Under the pieces are notes generated by a model. That model was not told the origin of the DNA. It did no database searches and worked only from the letters and a program-made list of their open reading frames with translations. DNA of 64,000 nt. Origin: Neoechinorhynchus agilis (Eukaryota > Animalia > Acanthocephala). The stretch is from the NCBI GenBank assembly GCA_051530055.1, contig CM121342.1, positions 2,762,797 to 2,826,796 on the forward strand. The letters are read 5' to 3'. Below are positions 47,861-59,513 of this stretch, piece by piece. Made by a program: the position numbers and the translations under genes. Each line of letters begins with the position of its first letter. Position 1 is the first letter of the stretch.

Positions 47861-47901
47861 TATTTAATATTTCGTAGACAAAATCCTCCTCTTCAGATAT
47901 A
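47861..47901 (-). ncRNA. Degenerate minimal hammerhead-like motif, family B
   Basis: Minus strand: uauau-CUGAAGA-GGAGG-auuuug-UCUAC-GAAA-U-AUU-aaaua. There is one mismatch in helix II and helix I pairs 4 of 5. Confidence 0.4.
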
Positions 47902-48145
47902 TACAAAAACTGCTTATTTTAGTGGTTACCTTAGGCTTAGGAACGTGGGTTTGCGTACATCCTTAGTAGTTCATCGAACATTTTTATACCTTTTCTGAGC
48001 ACTTTGCGTTTTCTGAACAAAACATTATTGAGTATAACAAATTCATCATTTAAATTTTTTTAATGTAAATGTGTTTAGAAAGCGTCAAGTGGGTGTACTT
48101 TTTGTCGTGATTATAATTTTTTATATTTTTCAATTAGAATTTATT

Positions 48146-48295
48146 ACGACGCACGAGCAGGTGTATTCCTGCGGCAAAATATCTCGTTAGCAGTACAACG
48201 AGGCAATGCTGCAAGCGCGATAGCGACAGCTGAGGAAGGAGAAAAGCTCCAATTTCGCGGACGGTGGTGATTGCGCGTTTTGTACTTTATTAAGT
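48146..48295 (+). mobile_element. CRE lineage-3 3'-end fragment
   Basis: Aligns to 47147-47295 and to 56346-56495. Confidence 0.85.
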
Positions 48296-48854
48296 TTATG
48301 ATCAAAAAGTTTTTTGATTAAACAGAAATTCGGAATGGTTTCTAGAATCTAATAACCAAGAAATAAGCGTTTATTTTTTGGCTTTAAATATTTTTTTGTC
48401 AGTTTAAGAGACAATTGTTTTAAAGTCCGCTTGTTTTTATCCGCATCCAATAGATTTGCACGATTGGAATCCGATCAACTTTAAACAACTGGCCTAGAAC
48501 TGATATGGACAAGAGAATCCAAACGTTTAATCAAAACAAAGCATTGCGATAGCTGTAATCGGTGTTGACGCAAAGTGTAAACTGAATCTCAGAACATTGT
48601 GAACTTAGCAATCTCCAAAGTGTGAATTTTAGACCTTGATAAATGCGATCAAAGTTGCGCCTCTGAAATCAATCGGATTTAATAAATTTCCTTTCAATTT
48701 CCCCACCATAAACAAGTCCGTAATCATCGATTATTTCCCAAACAACCGTGATCAAGAACGTGTGGCTTTCTTCCAAGTGTTTTAACCAACTTTCCGGGTC
48801 TGGGCTGTGCGGGCAGTTCCCACCTGACCGAACCGCATTTAATAATAACACGTT

Positions 48855-50258
48855 TTAATGCTATCGTCGAGGCGGCAAAGCACTGGAAATACTACCTAGC
48901 TATTCGCTCATCTACAATTAACACCGACCAGAGGTCTGTCTCTTTCATGATGGATCAATATCATGCAAAAAAATCAGGAATGAGAGGATTCTGCGATTGA
49001 AACTAGAGTTATCCAATTACTCATATATTCTCAGGTATAGTCGGACGGGAGAACTTGGCCGCTGACGTTCTGTCCCGTGACTCTTGTGTTCGGTCGAGAA
49101 CAAATCTGAACTTACTCATCTACTTAAGTTGCATCGAAGACTTGGCCACCCTGGAATCACACGAATGCAACATTATGTCAAACAGAACAATATTCCTTAC
49201 TCCATAGAAGACATTCGGAAGCTCAGTGCTGCTTGCGTTGTCTGCTGTCAGATCAAGCCTCGGTTTTTTAAACCACAAGGGATGTATCTGATAAAGGCGA
49301 CCCGACCTCTTGAAAGAATATCAATGGATTTCAAGGGAGCAGTGGATGAGTACTCCAGATTTCCAATGGCGTTTGCCTATCGCGGCTGTTCAGCTAATAC
49401 GGTAAAAGTTTGTCTTTCCAGGATATTCTCGATTTTCGGATGCCCTGAATATATCCATTCTGATCTAGGGTCGTCCTTAACATGTCTGCGCGAATGGCTG
49501 AATGCTCGGCAAATTGGTTTGAGTCATACAACCGCCTACCACCCTCAAGGTTACGGACAATGTGAGCGTCTAAATTGAGTCATTTGGAAAGCGATAGAAT
49601 TGGTGCTTTCCGATAGAAATATTCCTTTGTCCGAGGTGCTTCACGAAGCGCTGGGAAAAATACGGATGTTACTCTGTACTATCACAGGAGCGACACCGCA
49701 TAAACGGATGTTCAGCTTCCCAAGAAGAAGTGAGCTAATCTCCCCCATTCCTTACTGGATATCTTCAAATAAAACGGTGCTCTTACGGAACATGATTTCA
49801 AGGACCAAATTCGACGATAGAGTAAGTGAAGTCGTGTTGGTCAGTGGCAACGAGAAAACTGCACTGATCGAACACCCTGATGGCTGGCGAGATTTGGTTT
49901 CGACGCAAAGACTAGCTACTCCAAGTGAAGATCTGACCGTCATAAAAAGCAGCGAAGACGATTTGCCGTCCGCAGTAAATTCGGGAGATGTTCCGGTGAA
50001 TGAAAACATTAATGTCCAACACCCAGAGATGGCTCAAAATATGCCACAGAACATGGACTGGAAGTTAGGAGGTCCTGTCGGATCCCCAGCAAACTAAGAG
50101 CGAAGGGGGAAGATTGTGATATTGATTAATTGATACTGTTGGTGCCGTCGTCCCCGCGTCATCACCGCGCTTTTGCTACCGTATAGCACGCGCCCCGGTG
50201 GTGTTTGGTGTGTGTTTTTGTGCAATAAAGCCCCTGTTTTGGTCATACATTACGTACA
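48855..50258 (+). mobile_element. 3' half of a Ty3/Gypsy element (RNase H end, integrase, PPT, LTR)
   Basis: AIVEAAKHWKYYL..TDQRS, NLAADVLSR, HRRLGHPG..CVVC, ISMDFKG, IHSDLG and TTAYHPQGYGQCER. PPT gaagggggaagat is followed by an LTR starting tgtg at 50115; the LTR end is approximate. Confidence 0.9.
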
Positions 50259-50927
50259 TCCTTAGTAGTTCAGTTGTATGAGGCGTGAGTTTTAATAATA
50301 ATAGTAGTTCATTGGGCATTTTTCTGAGCACTTTGCGTTTTCTGAACAAAACATTATTGAATGTGACGGATTCATATCTTCGACTTTATGATGGTAATAA
50401 TCAACATTCAGCCTTAGTCATCAATTTATGATCGTAGTTTTATTTTACATTGCCAGATCAATAACAAAAACTACCGACCCTGCAATTCCGTTTCCGACGC
50501 AAATTTTCGACAACGAATGCCTTTTCATTTTTTTCGGCGCGCTCTTCTGCCCCAACTGGAACCCCAAAGACTCCAAGCCTGTTGCTGTTTCAGTTTAAAC
50601 CGGTGCCAGATCCACTGGCTTCTACTCGCGCTTCATTGAGTTTCTTCACTTTAACATTCAGAGCACTGGGCAGAAATCGCTTTGCGTCAACACCGATTAC
50701 AGCTATCGCAATGCTTTGTTTTGATTAAACATTTGGATTCTCTTGTCCATATTGGTTCTAGGCCAGCTGTTTAAAGTTGATCGGATTCCAATCGTGCAAA
50801 TCTATTGGATGCGGATAAAAACAAGCGGACTTTAAAACAATTGTCTCTTAAACTTACAAAAAAATTTTAAGCCAAAAAATAAACGCTTATTTTTTGGTTA
50901 TTAGATTCTAAAAACCATTCCGAATTA
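49314..50927. repeat. Left arm of second inverted duplication (1.6 kb)
   Basis: Mirror of 56526-58139; coordinate pairs sum to 107453 (e.g. 50097/57356). Confidence 0.92.
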
Positions 50928-52280
50928 CGACCAACAATAGGTTTAGAAAATAAAAAAAGGATAATACGTCCAAAATTCATATTTTCGAGAAGAAAGCAAG
51001 CGTTGAAAGTTTGAAAAGTTTACTAACAGTTAATTTTCGACAACGGTGGAAAGTCCGATAACGGCAAAAACCCATTGTATTTAAGAGGACCTTGATTAAA
51101 ATTGAATGATATTAAACAAGTACGATTCATCACTGGGGAAATTTATACATTTAAATATAACACCGCTTTTAGTCGACCCATATTATTTCTTTAAAAAATA
51201 CGGTCGATTGATTTGTGAAGAATTTTCTATAAAGTAAAAAAATGACCAAAGTCCTTTTCTTAGCAAGCGACGATAATGTGATCCTCCACTGATCGATCTT
51301 ACTTTGAATCAAAATTCATTCGCGACTATGAAACTTTCAATAAAAAATAGATTTATTAGTCTTTTTTTGCCGTAACATCAGCCAAATAATAAAATAAACG
51401 TAATGATTGCTTTAAACTGTACTGCTGAACATCTCCATTGACGATAAAATAATTAGCAGCACGCAAGTTTCTTGATTATACAAATAGAAATGTAGATAAA
51501 AGCGAAGCAAACCGCTCGTGCGCTCATTGGTTGATTTTATCAGCTTTTCAATAACGAAATGCAAAAAACGCCCATTTAGCATTTGACCTGCATCGCTCTT
51601 TTCACAGCAGATAAAAACTCAACGCAGCTTCTATCGAGAGAGTTTTCAATAAGTTACTGCTATCACTCAAAAACGAACTTCTGAAATCTCTTGATAAAAA
51701 TTATTATATCTACTACATCAAATTACTGCAACTACTCAGGAAACTATTTAAATTTTATACAATATCAAGAGAACAATCAACTATTTGAAATTACGTGAAA
51801 TACTGAAAACGTAAGTAATGTTATCGACATACAGGAAAACAATTTTGATAAAACGAGCACGACAAAAATTATTTCAAGTGCTAAAATTTCCGCATTTTAT
51901 CTTTTTACTTTAATCGCGTTTTTGGTAGTGCCCTGAAGGCTGCAACTTCATGTATAGAAATTCGTTCTCTATAGAAAAAATTGACATAAGTGATGCCAAA
52001 AAGTTTGTTTTAATTATTTAGAAATAAATCAATGACCGAAAATTGGTCTTAGAAACAATAGAATTTAACTTGAACGAAACTCCTGCTTTTTAAAATTTAC
52101 TTTATTTAGCTTGATTAAGGTTTTAATTACGTTTCCGTAAATAGCGCATTTTCCCACAAAAGCACTATAGAAAAAATTAATTAAGGGATACAATCACTTA
52201 ATTTCACAAATTTTTCTCATCGCTGCTGAAAGAGTTTACTTATACAATGACCGGTTATTTAATAACATTCCATTTTTAGA

Positions 52281-54005
52281 ATGTCAAATAGATTACCTGA
52301 AGTAGTGTTCGATCCAGAAACCGGCACATTTCACATCCCAAGTTACCAATTACCAGATGGTACGTGGACGCAGGAGCTCGTTGGTCAACCAGAAATCATT
52401 AATGAGAGCTCCGAGAAATCAACAAAAGGAAACGATTCGGATGGTGTAAGAATAAGTTCAGCTAACACAATAATTCCTTCCGACACGGAGAGAGAGCTGG
52501 GACTTTATTCTGACCGAAATCGCGATATTGAGCGAAATATAAATTGTCTAATTGATGGAAGTAATGATGTACAAGATACCAAGGAACACGAAAACGATAG
52601 TCCTGTAACTACGGCAGTTGATGTTTGTGTTGAGTGCAACGATGGGTCCGATGAGTCCGAATATTGCAGTGACTGCGAACGCAACAAAAAATGCAACTCT
52701 CAAATCGATAATGCCCCGGATACACAGACTTCAAATGATAACAATAATATGGTTCATCGATCAAAATGTAACCAAATTGAAGACGAAATTTCGGCCAAAC
52801 AAAAAACTAATATTTCTCATGAATTTGTTGGACACAGGCCGCCGCCGGCGCATTGTCGAGATTTTCAAACCCAACAAAGGAGGGATGCCAAAAATGAGAC
52901 GGAGCGATCAGATACTCCAAGAAGCAGTACAGTTCATCGACCGAACTCGAATCGCAATCAATTCTTGGCCGATCAATTGGGCGAGCGAAGTGAATCATCC
53001 GGACCGAGATTTCAGACCCAGAGACCGCATGATCAAGTTGATTCTAGAAATCAATACTCAAATTATCGACAAAACCACAATAACAGACATCAGCAAGATA
53101 GTAGATTAAATTATAACTCAAGGGACAATGGTGAACGGAGGTCCCGTTGGCAGGACTCTGTAACGAGACAACAACATTATAACCAGAGGCAGTTTCCGAT
53201 GAACCGGCAGCATTCAAATTACGACGATCGAATGCTCGAGCGAGATTATCGAGCACGGAATTACCAGGAGGGCCGACAAGAAGTTTACTACAATCGCAAC
53301 ACTGAACCGAGCCGAAGCGAATGCAACAAAAAATCCAATCCTCAAATTGATAATGCCGTTGATACACAGACTGTAAATGATGACAAAAATACGGCTCATC
53401 GATCAAAATCGAACCAAAATGAACGGCGAATTCCGGCTAACCAGCAAACCGATGTTTCTCATGAATCTGCTGAACACAGGCCACCGTCGGCGCATTGTCG
53501 AGATTCACAAAGCCAACAAAGGAGGGATGTCCAAAATGAGACGGAACGATTAGATACTCCAAGAAGCAGAACACTTCAGCCACCGAACGCTAGTCGCAAT
53601 CAATTCATTGCCGATCGATTTGGCGAGCGAGGTGAATCCTCACGACCGAGATTTCAAACCCAAAGACCGCTGGATCAAGTTCGTTCTAGAAATCAATACT
53701 CGAATTATCGACAAAACGATAATAATAATAGACATCGGCAAGATGGTAGAGTAAATTATAACTCAAGGGACAATGACGAACGAAGGTCACGTTGGCAGGA
53801 CTCTACAACGAGACAACAACATTATAACATGAGGCAGTTCCCGATGAACCGGCAGCATTCAAATCGCGACGATCGAATGTACGAGCGAGAATATCGAGCA
53901 TGGAATTACCAGGAAGGCCGACAAGACGTTTACTACAATCGCGACACGGAACAGAGCCGAAATAGAAACTTCAGTAAATCACGGAGCTTTTACGATAGAA
54001 GATAA
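52281..54005 (+). CDS. 574-aa hydrophilic low-complexity protein with a 214-aa internal tandem duplication
   Basis: Uninterrupted ORF with repeat units starting at 52681 and 53323 (642-bp offset, in frame). It is rich in R/Q/N/D/S/Y and has a Cys cluster before the repeats. Confidence 0.7.
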   Translation: MSNRLPEVVFDPETGTFHIPSYQLPDGTWTQELVGQPEIINESSEKSTKGNDSDGVRISSANTIIPSDTERELGLYSDRNRDIERNINCLIDGSNDVQDTKEHENDSPVTTAVDVCVECNDGSDESEYCSDCERNKKCNSQIDNAPDTQTSNDNNNMVHRSKCNQIEDEISAKQKTNISHEFVGHRPPPAHCRDFQTQQRRDAKNETERSDTPRSSTVHRPNSNRNQFLADQLGERSESSGPRFQTQRPHDQVDSRNQYSNYRQNHNNRHQQDSRLNYNSRDNGERRSRWQDSVTRQQHYNQRQFPMNRQHSNYDDRMLERDYRARNYQEGRQEVYYNRNTEPSRSECNKKSNPQIDNAVDTQTVNDDKNTAHRSKSNQNERRIPANQQTDVSHESAEHRPPSAHCRDSQSQQRRDVQNETERLDTPRSRTLQPPNASRNQFIADRFGERGESSRPRFQTQRPLDQVRSRNQYSNYRQNDNNNRHRQDGRVNYNSRDNDERRSRWQDSTTRQQHYNMRQFPMNRQHSNRDDRMYEREYRAWNYQEGRQDVYYNRDTEQSRNRNFSKSRSFYDRR

Positions 54006-54599
54006 TGTTGAAAAGCCGACGATTATGGTCTTATTACAAAAAACGTTATAAATGCTTTATTTGTGCTTTTGTTTTAAAAAAATTATAAAGTTTTACTTAT
54101 AATTCTATTGAAAGTGAAGTGGGCATTGGAACCGTGCCTCGATTTTTATTAAAATTCGGTAAGTAAAAGCAGACATCTTGGCATGTATTTACTTTGAACC
54201 AAGCTTATTTATGCAGCAAATATTAATCTTTACGCTTAACATAATGAAAGTCTAGAGTAAATCGACTTCATTTGTACGAAATTCATTACTTAAAGCTTAT
54301 TTAGAGAATTTTCAGTGGCCATTTATACTTCTAAATAATCGTTTAATACATCTCTCATAATCTCAATCTTCTGAAGTTCCATTATCCACGGCAATAAAAA
54401 ATTCTAATCCATGCAGTTGACCAGTGTTATTTACTTGCGGACTGATTTAAAATTGCCGCAGAGCTAACGGATTTTTAAGTTTTTCAAATCTTTTTTAGTT
54501 CTATTTTTCGCAAAATTCTTGATTTTTCGTAATCCTATGAATATGATCTTTTTTTTGTATTTGTTTGATCTTTAGGTCTAGCTGGTTAATGCGCTCTCA

Positions 54600-55080
54600 G
54601 AAAACAAAATTCAGAGTTTTAATCAACCAACTGAGCAAAAAAATGTGAGAGCTCGAATGGTGGCGGGCTCAAATATTCAGCTATTTCATCGGGCCGTAGC
54701 ATTACCTTTTGATATTGTATCGCGGAACATAATTGAGCAGTTGCTTTTCGATTAAAGGAATTCATCGACACAGAAAAACTCGTAATTTGGTTTGGAATTT
54801 ACTTGAAACATAAATTTAAAAAACAATTGCTGGCCGGCAACGATATATATAAAAGACACCGAAGGAATTTTTATTAAGCAATGATAACTATATGAGAAAG
54901 TTCTTATCGGTCAATAATGGTTGGACGGAGAAAAGGCCAGATTGTGTTGCTGGTAGCCAATTACGATTTTCCGAGCTTATCATTGTATTATTCACCAGCA
55001 AGCTTTGTATTAAAAACTTAAAGACGATAACCTGCAAAATGTTATGTCTATTGTTGTTAAAATTGTAAACTTTATTCAGA
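54600..55080 (+). mobile_element. hAT (Charlie/SPIN/GTF2IRD2-like) transposase relic
   Basis: 54978-55079 reads YHCIIHQQALY*KLKDDNLQNVMSIVVKIVNFIQ, the HCxxHQ motif plus VMxxVVKIVNFI. The upstream boundary is approximate. Confidence 0.7.
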
Positions 55081-56080
55081 ACCTGAAAATTATCCGATCG
55101 TGTCGTCCGGTGAATCAGTACCTGGAATGGAATCGCGAATGAAAGTAGGATCTTCACTAGGAACCGAAGCAATCGAGATGAAAAGCTCAACTGGCGATTC
55201 AATATCTTTGGGAAAAAATTAAAGAGTTCGGCGTCTCCAAGTGCAGCATTGATAAACTAAAAGATTTCACTATTAATTTTGGATCGTTAAACGGACGAAG
55301 AATATTGCACTGTTGTGCTATTTTATTTGCTGGTGGAAATGGGAAGAAAAGGTCCATAAAACCCAAAATGTCGAATTTGGCATAGCGGTAAGTATTTACG
55401 CTTTAAACTTATTCGGCATTCAACGAATAAAACATCGATTCTCGCTTTGAAATTAGCCAAATGCAATCCGCCTGAATGTTACGTAAAGAACTTAATTGTT
55501 TTAAGGTTTAAACTGGCAAAAAAATTAGGAGCCAAAAAGTAAACGCCTAATTCTTGGTTATTAGATTCTAAAAACGATTCCAAAGTTTTTCAAAAGTGCA
55601 TACGACGACTAATAATAGGTTTCGAAAAAAAGAAGGTTAATACGTCGAAAATTCATATTTTTGAGAAGAAAGCAACCGTTGAAAGTTTGAAAAGTTTACT
55701 AACAGTTCTGAACATCTCCATTGACGATAAAATAATTAGCAGCACGCAAGTTTCTTGATTATACAAATAGAAATGTAGATAAAAGCGAAGCAAACCGCTC
55801 GTGCGCTCATTGGTTGATTTTATCAGCTTTTCAATGACGAAATTAAAAAAAACGCTTCTGAAATCAACCGATAAAACAAACAATACTGTTACAATATTCC
55901 ATTTTTTTAAGGTCTAAGTGCGGCCATTTTCACGACTGATACTTTTTTCTTGGGAACACAGCCCAATGATGTGGGCTAGGGAAGCGCATAAAAATCACTT
56001 AAAAACCCTGAACTCGAATATATATTTAACATTGTTGATAAAATATAGTGAAGAAAATAAGAACTGAGAAATTGAATTTT

Positions 56081-56120
56081 ATTGTGAATTTTCGGCCTTA
56101 GCGTAGGCCTTCCTCAGATT
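56081..56120 (-). ncRNA. Minimal hammerhead-like motif, family C
   Basis: Minus strand: CUGAGGA-a-GGCCU-acgcua-AGGCC-GAAA-A-UUC-acaau. Helix II is perfect and helix III is palindromic AAUU, but helix I does not pair; its 5' side lies within a few nt of a CRE fragment. Confidence 0.6.
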
Positions 56121-56122
56121 GG

Positions 56123-56500
56123 TGTGGATCTTTGGTTGGTGCTTTCGGGCGACACGGCCCCGTTTGCCGAAAGTCAGGAGAAAGGTTCTAATGCCATTCT
56201 GAGATCAAAAGCGTAATTTCTCGGGCGTTGAGAACGGCGAACTTCCCCAACATCTTTGAACCCGCCCATCTTTGTTGACTAGACGGTCGTCGACCAGACG
56301 GAATTTCGGTCTTTCCGTGGCGGGAGGGCAAATGCCTTCTCACCGGCGACGCACGAGCAGGTGTATTCCTGCGGCAAAATATCTCGTTAGCAGTACAACG
56401 AGGCAATGCTGCAAGCGTGATAGCGACAGCTGCGGAAGGAGAAAAGCTCCAATTTCGCGGACGGTGGTGATTGCGCGTTTTGTACTTTATTAAGTTTATG
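56123..56500 (+). mobile_element. Composite CRE lineage-3 fragment
   Basis: 56126-56340 matches 46745-46958 and is joined across a ~180-bp deletion to a 3' end that matches 48146-48295. Confidence 0.88.
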
Positions 56501-56525
56501 ATCAAAAAGTTTTTTGATTAAACAG

Positions 56526-58139
56526 AAATTCGGAATGGTTTTTAGAATCTAATAACCAAAAAATAAGCGTTTATTTTTTGGCTTAAAATTTTTTTGTCAG
56601 TTTAAGAGACAATTGTTTTAAAGTCCGCTTGTTTTTATCCGCATCCAATAGATTTCCACGATTGGAATCCGATCAACTTTAAACAGCTGGCCTAGAACCA
56701 ATATGGACAAGAGAATCCAAATGTTTAATCAAAACAAAGCATTGCGATAGCTGTAATCGGTGTTGACGCAAAGCGATTTCTGCCCAGTGCTCTGAATGTT
56801 AAAGTGAAGAAACTCAATGAAGCGCGAGTAGAAGCCAGTGGATCTGGCACCGGTTTAAACTGAAACAGCAACAGGCTTGGAGTCTTTGGGGTTCCAGTTG
56901 GGGCAGAAGAGCGCGCCGAAAAAAATGAAAAGGCATTCGTTGTCGAAAATTTGCGTCGGAAACGGAATTGCAGGGTCGGTAGTTTTTGTTATTGATCTGG
57001 CAATGTAAAATAAAACTACGATCATAAATTGATGACTAAGGCTGAATGTTGATTATTACCATCATAAAGTCGAAGATATGAATCCGTCACATTCAATAAT
57101 GTTTTGTTCAGAAAACGCAAAGTGCTCAGAAAAATGCCCAATGAACTACTATTATTATTAAAACTCACGCCTCATACAACTGAACTACTAAGGATGTACG
57201 TAATGTATGACCAAAACAGGGGCTTTATTGCACAAAAACACACACCAAACACCACCGGGGCGCGTGCTATACGGTAGCAAAAGCGCGGTGATGACGCGGG
57301 GACGACGGCACCAACAGTATCAATTAATCAATATCACAATCTTCCCCCTTCGCTCTTAGTTTGCTGGGGATCCGACAGGACCTCCTAACTTCCAGTCCAT
57401 GTTCTGTGGCATATTTTGAGCCATCTCTGGGGGTTGGACATTAATGTTTTCATTCACCGGAACATCTCCCGAATTTACTGCGGACGGCAAATCGTCTTCG
57501 CTGCTTTTTATGACGGTCAGATCTTCACTTAGAGTAGCTAGTCTTTGCGTCGAAACCAAATCTCGCCAGCCATCATGGTGTTCGATCAGTGCAGTTTTCT
57601 CGTTGCCACTGACCAACACGACTTCACTTACTCTATCGTCGATTTTGGTCCTTGAAATCATGTTCCGTAAGAGCACCGTTTTATTTGAAGATATCCAGTA
57701 AGGAATGGGGGAGATTAGCTCACTTCTTCTTGGGAAGCTGAACATCCGTTTATGCGGTGTCGCTCCTGTGATAGTACAGAGTAACATCCGTATTTTTCCC
57801 AGCGCTTCGTGAAGCACCTCGGTCAAAGGAATATTTCTATCGGAAAGCACCAATTCTATCGCTTTCCAAATGACTCAATTTAGACGCTCACATTGTCCGT
57901 AACCTTGAGGGTGGTAGGCGGTTGTATGACTCAAACCAATTCGCCGAGCATTCAGCCATTCGCGCAGACATGTTAAGGACGACCCTAGATCAGAATGGAT
58001 ATATTCAGGGCATCCGAAAATCGAGAATATCCTGGAAAGACAAACTTTTACCGTATTAGCTGAACAGCCGCGATAGGCAAACGCCATTGGAAATCTGGAG
58101 TACTCATCCACTGCTCCCTTGAAATCTATTGATATTCTT
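56526..58139. repeat. Right arm of second inverted duplication, including an inverted Gypsy integrase/LTR copy (57195-58139, minus)
   Basis: The 165-aa integrase ORFs at 49600-50097 and 57356-57853 differ at 5 residues. Confidence 0.92.
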
Positions 58140-58235
58140 GAACAAACACAAGGGAGTTGAAATCCCATTAATCACTAAAGAAATATCAAAATGATTCAAG
58201 TGCGTGATCTCTAACTACATCGAGCAAATCTGCTC
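58140..58235 (-). mobile_element. CRE lineage-1 RT fragment
   Basis: caagggagttgaaatcccattaatcactaaagaaatatcaaaatg.. matches ~13508-13598. Confidence 0.85.
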
Positions 58236-58695
58236 GGTGAACTTCCTTCAAAGTCTTTACATCGTTGTCGAAAACTAACTGTTAGTGAACTTTTCAAACT
58301 TTCAGCGCTTGCTTTCTTCTCAAAAATTTGAATTTTTGGCCGTGTTGTGCTTAAATCATTACTATATATAGTTCAGGGTTTTAAGTGATTTTTATGCGCT
58401 TCCCTAGCCCACATCATTGGGCTGTGTTCCCAAGAAAAAATTATCAGCCGTGAAAATGGCCGCACTTAGACCTTAAAAAAATAGAATATTGTAACAGTAT
58501 TGTTTATTTTATCGGTTGATTTCAGAAGCGTTTTTTTTAATTTCGTCATTGAAAAGCTGATAAAATCAACCAATGAGCGTACGAGCGGTTTGCTCCGCTT
58601 TTATCTACATTTCTAGTTGTATAATCAGAGATGTTCAGCAGTACAGTTTAAAGCAATCATTACGTTTATTTTATTCTTTGGCTGATGTTACGGCA

Positions 58696-58770
58696 GCTTC
58701 TCTCCTTCCTCGGCTGTCGCTATGACGCTAGAAGCATTGCCTCGTTGTACTGCGAGCGAGATATTTTGTC
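58696..58770 (-). mobile_element. CRE lineage-3-like 3'-end fragment, inverted
   Basis: Reverse complement resembles aaaatatctcg..agtacaacgaggcaatgct..atagcgacagc.gaggaaggagagaagct at 48175-48248. Confidence 0.75.
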
Positions 58771-59045
58771 GCAATATTTTAAATCATATTTCCATGTTCC
58801 ATCAGTCGGTAATATGCTTGAATTCTCATCGCGTACCTCAACTCCAAGGAAAATCAAAACAACTTTATGGCCAAAATCCAACGTTGAGACACTAAGAAAA
58901 AACAGCCGAAAGAATTCAATGTTCTTTTATCTTTGCAACATCCTGAAAAAGTGTTCAATGCTGAAAAGCATATTGAAAAATCAGTCGACTGTGGTAGTTG
59001 GAGTTTTCACTTTTCAAACTCGGTACTCTGATTTTATTGTAGACG

Positions 59046-59513
59046 ATGCTTCCTAGTCGACTTTTGAGTGGGTGTCGTTTTCTCGCAATTGAACGACTGC
59101 CCACCATAACAGCGATCCGCACTCATACGAATCGTGATTGGAAACCTGGTTTATATCCTAAAGCTGAAGCGGAAAGATTAGATGCTGCTGTTAAATATAA
59201 TCTCCATCCAGCCGATTACAAACCAATGTCGCCTGATTTCGAGATCGATATGGGAGACTACCCCGATCTGGTTCCTGTTACAGTGGACCAACGGGATCCT
59301 TATCACGATTGGGATGATATGACTGAACGTCGTGATTATAATGAACCTTTCACATACGAATACTATGAGTTCTATCAACCTCGTCGTCTTAGCTCACGAT
59401 ATAAAATGTCGCCTATTTCATTCGCCAAGAAAGTAGTGTACGTCTTTGGTGCTGGCATTATGCTCATGGCCACAAATTACAATGGACTGTTCTCGTTAAT
59501 TGGTCTTATTTGA
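59046..59513 (+). CDS. NDUFB8: NADH dehydrogenase 1 beta subcomplex subunit 8 (main exon; C-terminus probably spliced)
   Basis: A transit-peptide-like N-terminus, then DWKPGLYPKAEAERLDAAVKYNL, MGDYPDL, RDPYHDWDD..RRDYNEP, then a hydrophobic segment. Confidence 0.85.
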   Translation: MLPSRLLSGCRFLAIERLPTITAIRTHTNRDWKPGLYPKAEAERLDAAVKYNLHPADYKPMSPDFEIDMGDYPDLVPVTVDQRDPYHDWDDMTERRDYNEPFTYEYYEFYQPRRLSSRYKMSPISFAKKVVYVFGAGIMLMATNYNGLFSLIGLI

